Both the position numbers and the translations under genes were made by a program. Positions 1 to 8,055 of a stretch of 64,000 bases of DNA are shown here, piece after piece. The stretch covers positions 1,443 to 65,442 of the forward strand of contig JAVBQF010000010.1 in the NCBI GenBank assembly GCA_031549195.1. Direction: 5' to 3'. This DNA comes from Bacilli bacterium (GTDB taxonomy: Bacteria > Bacillota_I > Bacilli_A > RF39 > UBA660). Every line of letters begins with the position of its first letter. The first letter of the stretch is position 1. A model generated the notes under the pieces. It was not told the origin of the DNA. It searched no databases and saw nothing but the letters and a program-made list of their open reading frames with translations.

Positions 1-107
1 TCTAAATGTGGATTTTCATCCTCTGGCATAACTTCTCCACCTAATTTGCCGTTGTTATACATATCTATTAATAATTCAACCTGTTTAAGTATTAAGTTAG
101 TATTCAA
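1..107 (-). CDS. Conserved hypothetical protein, 5' part only (MNTNLILKQVELLIDMYNNGKLGGEVMPEDENPHL...), runs off the window
   Basis: Manual translation; TTG start at 107 preceded by GGAGTGA RBS; frame open to the window edge. Confidence 0.7.
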   Translation of the reverse strand, partial: MNTNLILKQVELLIDMYNNGKLGGEVMPEDENPHL

Positions 108-182
108 TATAATCACTCCATATATATATATTATCATATTTCCTAACATTTATTGGTAAAAAAAAGCACAAGATTAGCTGTG

Positions 183-719
183 CTATTTCAATGATTGAAT
201 ATGTTTTTTTATTTTCTTTATTGCCCAGTCATAGTGACTTGAAGTAACTGATGTGCAGTACTGTCCTAAAGTAGACCCACCAGCCCAAAAGAAATGTTTT
301 TTAGTAAATAATTCCTCATTGGAAAACGTTTCAATTAATATCATTACTTTTTTATGACTATCTTTTAACATATCTTTCGCTTTACCATATGGTGTATTTT
401 GGTGCTTCTTCCAGATCATCTCTACATTCATTTCACCATATGTCTTCCAATTATAAGGTTCTGGTAAAAAAGGCTTGTTTTCTCCCTTTTTATTAGCATC
501 TATCCAGTTTAATAGTAATTGATGCCACTCATAGATATGTATTAAAACATCTCTTATATTTTTATCTCTTTTCCAGTGTGCTTCTTTTCCTTTTGAAACA
601 TCAAAACTAAATAGGGTAGTTTGTTCTTCTTCAGTCATAGAATTAATAAAATTCCATAGTTCATTATACTTTTCATTTGCAAATTTAATTAAGTCTTCTT
701 TAATCACTGGTCTTGCCAT
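183..719 (-). CDS. ClbS/DfsB family four-helix-bundle protein (DUF1706, DinB superfamily)
   Basis: MARP..KEDLI start, AHWKRDKNIRDVLIHIYEWH, PYNWKTYG and TSSHYDWA motifs; AAGGAG RBS. Confidence 0.9.
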   Translation of the reverse strand: MARPVIKEDLIKFANEKYNELWNFINSMTEEEQTTLFSFDVSKGKEAHWKRDKNIRDVLIHIYEWHQLLLNWIDANKKGENKPFLPEPYNWKTYGEMNVEMIWKKHQNTPYGKAKDMLKDSHKKVMILIETFSNEELFTKKHFFWAGGSTLGQYCTSVTSSHYDWAIKKIKKHIQSLK

Positions 720-730
720 AATTTCTCCTT

Positions 731-1192
731 TTATAGTTTGATTTGACTGATATCTTCAACTATAATCCAGTCATCCATATTATTTTCTCTATTATACTTA
801 AAAGATTTAATTTCTTCTAAACTAGATATTTCATAAACAGCTAAGAATTTCTTTCCAGCCCATCTTTCAAATTGTTCCTTAGATAAATTCAACTCTCTTT
901 CATATTTTTTTATAAAAGCAATTGATTCATCTACTGTCATCTTTTCACTTTCTATAACATTAGAAATAATACCTTTATGTGTTACTAACAAATCCCCACC
1001 AGTTTCAACTAAATAAATAATATCATTTATTTTTGCTCTACCACCTAACGGACATTTTTTACCAGCAGCCCCTCTAATAATCATTGATTTTTCATTTTTC
1101 AAAAGTTTTTCTAATTCTTTCGCTTTACTATTTAAATAGACTAAGTGCTGTGCTTATCCTTCTTTTCCGACATACCATTCAGCTTTTCCCAT
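731..1192 (-). pseudogene. ASCH/PUA-like hypothetical protein gene with a premature TAA at codon 13
   Basis: ATG at 1192 with GAAAGGTGG RBS reads MGKAEWYVGKEG*AQHLVYLNSKAKELEKLLKNEKSMIIRGAAGKK; stop at 1154-1156 is in frame with ORF 731..1102. Confidence 0.7.
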
Positions 1193-1210
1193 TTTAATAC
1201 CACCTTTCAG

Positions 1211-1270
1211 TTATCTTTTCTCTTGATTTAATAATAGTGTAATTATTTCTAATAATCTATTTATTTGCAT
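1211..1270 (-). pseudogene. N-terminal relic of a YafY/WYL-family HTH regulator
   Basis: Translates MQINRLLEIITLLLNQEKR*, resembling the typical YafY start; TATAAT -10 upstream at about 1294-1299. Confidence 0.6.
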
Positions 1271-1355
1271 TTTATCACATACTTTCAATAAATATTATAC
1301 TACAAAAAAAGGACCTATAAGGTCACAATTGTAGTTTATAAACAAGAGTGAATAA

Positions 1356-2813
1356 TTACTTATCTCTAAATCTTCTTTCATCTCTATTTCTATTATCTTT
1401 TCTATCTTTATTATCTCTTCTGCCTCTAAATCCTCTACGATCTCTCCTATCGCCTCTATCTTCACTTCTTCTGGCATCGTTATTTCCTCTTTTTACTACA
1501 ACGGGAGGCTCACCAGTTAATGCTACTTCATTAATATCAGCTCTCTTTGATAGGCTTTCTATTAATACAGATACTAATTTTTCAGAACCAAATTCATTTA
1601 TTAATTCTGTTGCAAAATTTCTGGTCTTTGTAACATCGATTTCATGTAATTTCTTTAATATAGATTCTTTAACTTCACTATTTCTAGCGTCCATTACTTC
1701 TTCATAAGTAGGAATACTTTTCTCTGATATTTTAATATTTGTTTCCTTCTCAATTCTTCTTATATGATTAAGTTCAGTTTCTTTTATAAAGGAATATGAT
1801 ATACCATGCTTTTTCGCTCTACCAGTTCTACCTATTCTATGTATATAGAATTCTACTTCTTGTGGTAAATCAAAGTTATAAACATGTGAAATATCACTAA
1901 TATCCAATCCTCTTGCTGCAACATCTGTAGCTACTAAAATATTAATTTGATTTTCTCTAAATCTTTTCATAACTGCATTTCTTTGTTGCTGTGATAAGTC
2001 ACCATGAATACCAACTGATTTATAACCGCATTTATTAAGTGCTTCATTTAATTCATCGACTCTTCTTTTTGTTCTACCAAATATAATTGCTGATTTTGGA
2101 ACATCAACATCAAGTAATTTTGTTAAAGTAGAGAACTTTTGTTTCTCTTTCATTATAATATAGTATTGTTCAATATTAGTTGATGAACTCTTTTTATCTT
2201 TAACACTTATAAAATGAGACTCTTTCATAATAGATTTACTTAATTCAATTATTTGTTTTGATATAGTCGCACTGAAAAGAAGTGCTTGTTTATTTTCTGG
2301 TATTTCATTGTTGATGATTGTTATGTCTTCTTTGAATCCCTCTTTAAGCATTTCATCTGCTTCGTCTAATACAAAGAATTTAACATGACTTAAATCTAAT
2401 TTTTTACTTCTTAGATGATCATTAATTCTTCCTAGGGTACCAACTACTATAGCTGGATTGTTATTTAGCTCTTTAACTTGATCTCTAATTGACATACCAC
2501 CAACTAATGTAGCATATGACAAGTTCATATATTTACCTAGCTTTTTAATTTCTGTCATAATCTGCATCGCAAGCTCTCTTGTTGGTGCGACTATTAAGCA
2601 TTCTGTTTTCTTAGATTTAAAATCAATATTATTTAATAATGGTATAGCAAAAGCAGCTGTTTTACCAGTTCCTGTTTCAGCTTCAGCAATAATATTAGTA
2701 CCATCAAGTATTACAGGTATAGCCTCTGCTTGAATTGGCATCATTTCTTCAAATCCAATATCAGATATTGCTTTTTTAATTTGTTCTTTTATTTGTAGTT
2801 CTGTAAATTTCAT
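1356..2813 (-). CDS. cshA: DEAD-box RNA helicase (CshA-like)
   Basis: Q motif GFEEMMPIQ, AETGTGKT, PTRELA, DEAD, SAT, HRIGRTGR; Arg/Asp-rich C-terminal tail. Confidence 0.95.
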   Translation of the reverse strand: MKFTELQIKEQIKKAISDIGFEEMMPIQAEAIPVILDGTNIIAEAETGTGKTAAFAIPLLNNIDFKSKKTECLIVAPTRELAMQIMTEIKKLGKYMNLSYATLVGGMSIRDQVKELNNNPAIVVGTLGRINDHLRSKKLDLSHVKFFVLDEADEMLKEGFKEDITIINNEIPENKQALLFSATISKQIIELSKSIMKESHFISVKDKKSSSTNIEQYYIIMKEKQKFSTLTKLLDVDVPKSAIIFGRTKRRVDELNEALNKCGYKSVGIHGDLSQQQRNAVMKRFRENQINILVATDVAARGLDISDISHVYNFDLPQEVEFYIHRIGRTGRAKKHGISYSFIKETELNHIRRIEKETNIKISEKSIPTYEEVMDARNSEVKESILKKLHEIDVTKTRNFATELINEFGSEKLVSVLIESLSKRADINEVALTGEPPVVVKRGNNDARRSEDRGDRRDRRGFRGRRDNKDRKDNRNRDERRFRDK

Positions 2814-2828
2814 TGTAACTCCTCTTCG

Positions 2829-2866
2829 AAAAAAAAGAGAATCCTTCTAAATCAAAGGAATCCCTT
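2829..2866 (-). promoter_or_regulatory. Terminator-like hairpin plus U8 inside the cshA 5' UTR (candidate attenuator)
   Basis: Minus strand AAGGGATTCCTT-TGATTTAG-AAGGATTCTC-TTTTTTTT lies between the promoter and the GAGGAG RBS. Confidence 0.55.
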
Positions 2867-2879
2867 AATTAAAACCGTT

Positions 2880-2911
2880 ATTATATTAGCACAGTTAATG
2901 AATTTAGTCAA
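2880..2911 (-). promoter_or_regulatory. SigA-type promoter of cshA
   Basis: TTGACT-17 bp-TAATAT on the minus strand, with an overlapping TATAAT. Confidence 0.6.
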
Positions 2912-2994
2912 ATTATTATCATATAAATACTGATTAATAATAACTGTGATATAATTATAATTGATAAATATAAAATTAAGGGAGGAATAATTAC

Positions 2995-3297
2995 ATGTCA
3001 AAAGTCGTTATGTACATATCGTTCAAATTAATAAAGGGAAAATCTGTACCAGATTTCTTACTTGCCTCAGAAAAACTTAATAATGAGTATATGTCTAAAC
3101 AAAAAGGTTATATTTCGTGGGAGCAACTTAATAATGGAGATACTTGGGTAGACTTTCTAACATTTGAAACTATGGAGGATGTTAAAGAAGTAGAAAATAA
3201 CCCTAATCCAAGTGATTCAGCATTAAAATTTTATTCTTTTATAAATATGAGTACTTGCAAAGTTCAATATTTTACTGTTGAAAGAAGTTATAAATAG
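2995..3297 (+). CDS. ABM-like (dimeric alpha/beta barrel) hypothetical protein
   Basis: 100 aa; FLLASEKL..EYMSKQKGYISW...WVDFLTFET pattern; GGAGG RBS. Confidence 0.7.
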   Translation: MSKVVMYISFKLIKGKSVPDFLLASEKLNNEYMSKQKGYISWEQLNNGDTWVDFLTFETMEDVKEVENNPNPSDSALKFYSFINMSTCKVQYFTVERSYK

Positions 3298-3306
3298 GAG
3301 AAAATT

Positions 3307-3882
3307 ATGGCTGAAAGGTTTAGGTGTTTTGGAACTGGAACACCAATTTATGAAAAATACCATGATAATGAATGGGGAAGGCCTGTATACGACGATTATA
3401 AGTTATTTGAAATGTTAGTTTTAGAAGGCATGCAAGCTGGATTATCATGGATAACAGTACTAAAAAAAAGAGACGCATATAGCAAAGCTTTTGATAACTT
3501 TGATACTAAGAAGATAGCTCTTTATGATGATAAAAAGATTGAAGAACTTATGCTTAATGCTGGAATAATTAGAAATCGTTTAAAAATCAATTCTATTATT
3601 ATAAATGCTAAATTATTTTTAAAAATCATGGAGACTGGTTCGTTTAGTGATATGCTTTGGAAATATGTAGATAATAAACCTATTGTTGGTCACTATAAAA
3701 GTTTTAAAGATATGCCCTTAACTACAGCTATTTCTGATAAAATTAGTAAGGATCTTAAAAAAATGGGATTCAAGTTTGTTGGGACAACTATAATTTATTC
3801 TTTTATGCAAGCTGTTGGTATGGTAAACGATCATCTAATGGAATGCCCTACTTATGAAGAAATATTGCAATCACAAAAATAA
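3307..3882 (+). CDS. tag: DNA-3-methyladenine glycosylase I
   Basis: YHDNEWG, LFEMLVLEGMQAGLSW, GIIRNRLKI, FKFVGTTIIYSFMQAVGMVNDHL..C. Confidence 0.97.
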   Translation: MAERFRCFGTGTPIYEKYHDNEWGRPVYDDYKLFEMLVLEGMQAGLSWITVLKKRDAYSKAFDNFDTKKIALYDDKKIEELMLNAGIIRNRLKINSIIINAKLFLKIMETGSFSDMLWKYVDNKPIVGHYKSFKDMPLTTAISDKISKDLKKMGFKFVGTTIIYSFMQAVGMVNDHLMECPTYEEILQSQK

Positions 3883-3930
3883 AAAGATGTTATTCTTTCT
3901 TATATATTTAGAAAGAAGAGCATCTTTTTT
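3881..3930. terminator. Bidirectional intrinsic terminator between convergent tag and DUF2000 genes
   Basis: AAAAAGATG..TTCTTTCT / AGAAAGAA..CATCTTTTT inverted repeat. Confidence 0.75.
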
Positions 3931-3946
3931 ATTTATCCTTAGTACT

Positions 3947-4375
3947 TTAATCTAAATTCCATAATTGAAACCTACCAGTAATTTCATTTACATCTTTGGT
4001 ATCACCATAAATAATTGCACCCAAATATTCAAACTTATCATTCTCTTTTGACTCTATTGAATTTACTAATTCTTCATCTGTCCGGGTCTCTAACATCTCT
4101 TTAGGATAGTCTGCTACCAATAGCTTTTTATTTGCTTTAGCAGTATCAATTGCTGTTTTCAATTTCCCTGCTTTAACTTTAGTTACAATAAATGGGAATC
4201 TACTTATACCTGTATGAGTTATCCCAGAGTTATCAGTAATAATTGATTTTCCCATTATTTCATTATCAGAGTATTTACCAATTGCAACAGCAAGGTGTCC
4301 TATTACATTAAGTGCTGTTGATGGATCAACATTTGTAGCTATAATTCCAACTATTTTCTTATCTTCATAATTCAT
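3947..4375 (-). CDS. DUF2000 family protein (peptidyl-tRNA hydrolase II-like fold)
   Basis: KKIVGIIA..ALNVIGHLAVAIG..EYLGAIIYG...VNEITGRFQLW; start corrected to ATG 4375 behind AAAGGAGG. Confidence 0.8.
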   Translation of the reverse strand: MNYEDKKIVGIIATNVDPSTALNVIGHLAVAIGKYSDNEIMGKSIITDNSGITHTGISRFPFIVTKVKAGKLKTAIDTAKANKKLLVADYPKEMLETRTDEELVNSIESKENDKFEYLGAIIYGDTKDVNEITGRFQLWNLD

Positions 4376-4403
4376 ATTTCTATTTCCTCCTTTTATATTT
4401 GAA

Positions 4404-4493
4404 CTACTTATATAAAGGAGGTAAAACATTTGCAAGAACTTCAATTTTTGCCCATAATTCTCCACCATGCATTTTTCTTGGATATTTAATCAT
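4404..4493 (-). CDS. 29-aa leader peptide MIKYPRKMHGGELWAKIEVLANVLPPLYK (not in ORF track)
   Basis: AGGAGG RBS 7 nt before ATG 4493; TAG at 4404-4406; last codons complementary to the downstream RBS. Confidence 0.65.
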   Translation of the reverse strand: MIKYPRKMHGGELWAKIEVLANVLPPLYK

Positions 4494-4561
4494 ATGGCGT
4501 CCTCCTATTTCTTTGTGTTATTTAACAATTGAAAATAAATTGTAAGAGTTTTCATTCTACA

Positions 4562-4939
4562 TTATAAATTATCACAATATCTTCCCTTACCAAACTCAAA
4601 ACCAAAATTTCTATATAAAAAGTTATTTTCTATATAGTACTTTGTAATAGTAAAGTCTTGGTCTTTATCATAATAGTAGGTATTTTCACCACAGGTAATT
4701 TCTTCTAATACTTTTAAGTAATTTTCAATATCCACTTTTAATGAGAACTCGCTCCTAACACTTGTAAAGTTAGCAACTGTCATACAACACTCATCCTTAA
4801 ATGTTGATAACCTTGGAACTTTTAATATAACTTCATTAGCTTCTGATGCATAATCTCTGTTTCCAAATGGCACAAATAATATTGTTAATATTACAAACAT
4901 AATTACTCCAAATATAGATATCAATATTTTGTTGTACAT
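4562..4939 (-). CDS. Hypothetical protein with N-terminal membrane anchor
   Basis: Hydrophobic residues 5-25; AGGAG RBS. Confidence 0.75.
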   Translation of the reverse strand: MYNKILISIFGVIMFVILTILFVPFGNRDYASEANEVILKVPRLSTFKDECCMTVANFTSVRSEFSLKVDIENYLKVLEEITCGENTYYYDKDQDFTITKYYIENNFLYRNFGFEFGKGRYCDNL

Positions 4940-4969
4940 AAGATCTCCTAATAATAATCTTTTTCTTTA

Positions 4970-5437
4970 TTACCATTTTTCTACTTGGTATTTCTCTTGC
5001 TTACTTATTATCTCAATTTGTCTTTGTATTTCTTTTACATCTTCTACATTGAGTGGTTCAAAACCAACATAGAAACCACTTTCTCTTGCTGGTAAATATA
5101 CTGCTTCAGGGAATATTTGTTTTTTTGCAGTTGTTACTCTTCCATATATGTGCATATGAAAATTTGGTTCTTGATTTTTCTTATATGCCCAATTGCCCAT
5201 ATCTTGATAGTTTAATCGGATAATGTCGATGCCAACTTCTTTCATTGCTAGGGGATAAGCTTCATCCACTATCATAGTTAGCCTAATAAAGTCTTTTGCT
5301 TCTTCAATGGTCATCTCTCCTCTAGACTTCATTTTTCTTTTGGGCAATATTCTAATATTTCCGCCTTCTTCTCTTGATACATGGGGCGTTTCAAATGATT
5401 CTAGAATAAAGTTGTTTGTCTCATAAATTAATGCCAT
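4970..5437 (-). CDS. HIT-family hydrolase-like protein
   Basis: PHVSREEGG, LNYQDMGNW, variant HIT motif FHMHIYGR; start corrected to ATG 5437 behind AGGAG. Confidence 0.8.
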   Translation of the reverse strand: MALIYETNNFILESFETPHVSREEGGNIRILPKRKMKSRGEMTIEEAKDFIRLTMIVDEAYPLAMKEVGIDIIRLNYQDMGNWAYKKNQEPNFHMHIYGRVTTAKKQIFPEAVYLPARESGFYVGFEPLNVEDVKEIQRQIEIISKQEKYQVEKW

Positions 5438-5676
5438 ATTATCAACTCCTAAGTATATTATACACTTTTTATATAAAAAAACGAGCATTAAAAAAAGTTC
5501 TCTCATCCACAAATAATTAGTAATATCTTTTATTAAATGATATAATCATCTTATGAAATTTAAAATCCTATTGGGGAAAAATTATAGTGATATGTATTTT
5601 TGATAATAAGGAATTTGCATCAATTGATGTTGATTTATATGATATGTTAAGTAGTAATTTGAAAAGGAGTGTTTGA

Positions 5677-6030
5677 ATGAAACAAAATCGTATTTTTAAA
5701 GATAGTTTTGCAAGTGTTTATCCATTTTATGTTCAAAAAGCAGTGAATAAAGATCGTACTAAAAAAGAAGTTGATGAGATTATTTGCTGGCTTACTGGTT
5801 ATGATATCGATGGCTTAAAAACACAATTAGATAAAGAAGTGGACGTTGAAACGTTCTTTAATGAAGCTCCTAAAATAAACCCTAATAGTTATTTAATTAC
5901 TGGTGTCGTATGTGGAGTACGTGTAGAAGAAGTTGAAGACCCTTTAATGCAGAAAATTCGTTTTCTGGATAAGTTAATTGATGAATTAGCCAAAGGAAAA
6001 GCTATGGATAAGATTTTACGAAGTAAATAA
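5677..6030 (+). CDS. DUF2200 family protein
   Basis: [51 protein letters not shown]. Confidence 0.92.
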   Translation: MKQNRIFKDSFASVYPFYVQKAVNKDRTKKEVDEIICWLTGYDIDGLKTQLDKEVDVETFFNEAPKINPNSYLITGVVCGVRVEEVEDPLMQKIRFLDKLIDELAKGKAMDKILRSK

Positions 6031-6046
6031 TTGAAAGGTAGCAAAA

Positions 6047-6469
6047 ATGAATGTAATAGCAAATACAATTGATGAGTTCTTTGAGTCTTCGTTAAATAAA
6101 GAGGACTTAATAAGATTGGATAAAACAATAACTTCATTAACGACTGGACTTGATAGGAAACTCCATATAAGCCCAACTTTTACCGTCCTTGGATATGGAA
6201 GTATGATTTATAGTAGAAAAACGGTTAATGGTATCATTCCCATAATCGCATTTGCACCACAAAAGGGAAGTATTAATTTATATATTTCACTTCATCCAGA
6301 AGGACCTCTAATAATTAACTCGTATAAAGAAAAACTTGGCAAATGTTCCTATGGAAAAACATGCATAAAATTCACAAAGTTTGACAAATTAAATAAGTTA
6401 GAATTTGAAAGATTTATTAAAGAAATAGTAGAATGTGCAAGAAAGAAAAATATAGAATTTATAAAATAA
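6047..6469 (+). CDS. DUF1801 (YdhG-like) family protein
   Basis: LGYG, IAFAPQKGSINLY, LGKCSYGKTCIKFTK. Confidence 0.8.
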   Translation: MNVIANTIDEFFESSLNKEDLIRLDKTITSLTTGLDRKLHISPTFTVLGYGSMIYSRKTVNGIIPIIAFAPQKGSINLYISLHPEGPLIINSYKEKLGKCSYGKTCIKFTKFDKLNKLEFERFIKEIVECARKKNIEFIK

Positions 6470-6478
6470 TTTATTGGG

Positions 6479-6952
6479 GTGATATTATTGAATATTTATG
6501 AGTATCAAAGACCTGTTGGAAAAATTGTAGATATTCCAGAATTACGAAAAGAATTTATTACTATTTTTGATACTAAAAACAAACATGAGATGGCTAAGTT
6601 TGGGTTAATCTATGCAAAACATATTTTAGACATTACCAGATTTGAAGCAAACGATGAGTTATTATCGGCCTTTGAAGCAGTACAAGAATGGATAGATGGT
6701 AAAGTTAATTATCACAAAGCTAGAAATGTGGCATTTGCTGAATTATATAAATCTGCACGTGAAAGTAATGATCAAGTAAAAATAAAGTTTTGTAAAACAA
6801 TGGCACAAATATCGTGCATACCACATGTAAAAGCACATGGTCTTTGGGCATCTGATTTTGCAATCACTTTGATAAATACAATGTTTGTGGGTAACCTTGA
6901 TAAGGTCAAAGAGGAAAGGAAAATACAGATTGAACTGTTGAAATCAGTATAA
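6479..6952 (+). CDS. Imm5-like putative immunity protein
   Basis: Helical; WIDGKVNYHKAR..AF, AQ...IPHVKAHGLWASDFA, EER..QI motifs. Confidence 0.7.
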   Translation: MILLNIYEYQRPVGKIVDIPELRKEFITIFDTKNKHEMAKFGLIYAKHILDITRFEANDELLSAFEAVQEWIDGKVNYHKARNVAFAELYKSARESNDQVKIKFCKTMAQISCIPHVKAHGLWASDFAITLINTMFVGNLDKVKEERKIQIELLKSV

Positions 6953-7113
6953 TGTAACTTATAGAAGAACTTTATGGGAAATTTGTATAGGCTTTTGCTA
7001 ATACTGATTTCCTTTTAAAATGGTGAATTAGGGGAATATATAATAAGTATGGTTCTATTATTACTAATAAAATAAATATAAAAAAGCATACCCGTTTTTT
7101 GCATAAAATAAAA

Positions 7114-7139
7114 ACTTATAAGCTTAAATGCTTATAAGT
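7114..7139. terminator. Palindromic hairpin between convergent genes
   Basis: ACTTATAAGC-TTAAAT-GCTTATAAGT perfect 10-bp stem. Confidence 0.65.
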
Positions 7140-7210
7140 GATTTTCAAATTGCTCAGTATTCTAAAGAGTGTTATTATCATTTGATACCATTTATTCAAT
7201 AATAATTAAA

Positions 7211-7798
7211 TTAAGAAATATATATATCTATATCGTCTCTATTTAATTTTTTCCTTAACATCAATTGGTTTTTTCCTAAGTCTAATTCTCTAACATTTCT
7301 AAGACCTAACTCATTAATGAATTGTCTAATTTTTTCTTTAATTTCCATTACATCTTCATCATCATTTGAAATCATTATTTCAACTTCCATAAACAGACCC
7401 AAGTCTTCAACTTCTTCAAAAACAATTTCATATTCATTATTTTTATAAACTTTTCTTTTGTTATGCACTACAACCTGAACTTCTAACCCTAACATTTTAA
7501 CAATCTTTTCAATTATTTCATAACTTTCAGCTTTAGTTTCATATTCATCAGAATATATCCAATGATTATCTTTAAAATGATTCTTTTTATATGTAATAAG
7601 ACAATCATCACCTTTTCTTCTGACTCTAAAAATTTCATTTATTCTAAGGTTAGGCTCGGGTTTTAAGGCGTCTCTTAATTGATCTACATAATAGGTGTCA
7701 TATATTTCTTTTTCTTCAATAAAATCAAATTTAGATAGTATATCTAATACTGTTTGTTTGTCATCATCAAATGTAACTAATATTTCTATTTCCTTCAT
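7211..7798 (-). CDS. CYTH-domain protein (class IV adenylate cyclase-like)
   Basis: N-terminal EIE, DTYY, FRVR, ITYK, EYET, KRKVY, LGLFMEVE. Confidence 0.88.
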   Translation of the reverse strand: MKEIEILVTFDDDKQTVLDILSKFDFIEEKEIYDTYYVDQLRDALKPEPNLRINEIFRVRRKGDDCLITYKKNHFKDNHWIYSDEYETKAESYEIIEKIVKMLGLEVQVVVHNKRKVYKNNEYEIVFEEVEDLGLFMEVEIMISNDDEDVMEIKEKIRQFINELGLRNVRELDLGKNQLMLRKKLNRDDIDIYIS

Positions 7799-7837
7799 AA
7801 TTTATCACTCCAAAGATAATTATACCCTTTTTTATAT

Positions 7838-7865
7838 AAAAAATGAACCTTTTTAATAAAGGTTC
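7838..7865 (-). terminator. Intrinsic terminator, probably the original tRNA-His terminator displaced by an insertion
   Basis: Minus strand GAACCTTT-ATTAA-AAAGGTTC-ATTTTTT, 13 nt after a GCCCCAT copy of the tRNA 3' end. Confidence 0.65.
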
Positions 7866-7889
7866 GATTGTTCAATTTATGGGGCTTTG

Positions 7890-7910
7890 TGTGAACATAA
7901 TACAAACTGT
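7890..7910 (+). repeat. Left copy of perfect 21-bp inverted repeat TGTGAACATAATACAAACTGT
   Basis: Exact reverse complement of 9467-9487. Confidence 0.95.
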
Positions 7911-7969
7911 CTTGGTTATAATTTCCCATCACCAATTTACCATTGCTTTAAAATTAAGTCCATAGTTTC

Positions 7970-8050
7970 TGTTCCTTTTCTGACCAAAATGTGCCCCGAA
8001 ACTGACTTTTTATGGACTTCTTCTGTACCTTTTTTGTACCTGTTTGTACC
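7970..8050 (+). repeat. Left array of TGTACC-like hexamers
   Basis: TGTTCC 7970, TGTGCC 7990, TGGACT 8013, TGTACC 8024, 8035, 8045. Confidence 0.8.
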
Positions 8051-8055
8051 TTATA

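Noticed and set aside
5553-5676. Short frames upstream of DUF2200
   Set aside because: No RBS or recognisable homology; may be a relic but unsupported
6953-7080. Possible degraded gene fragment
   Set aside because: Only short broken frames with no recognisable family
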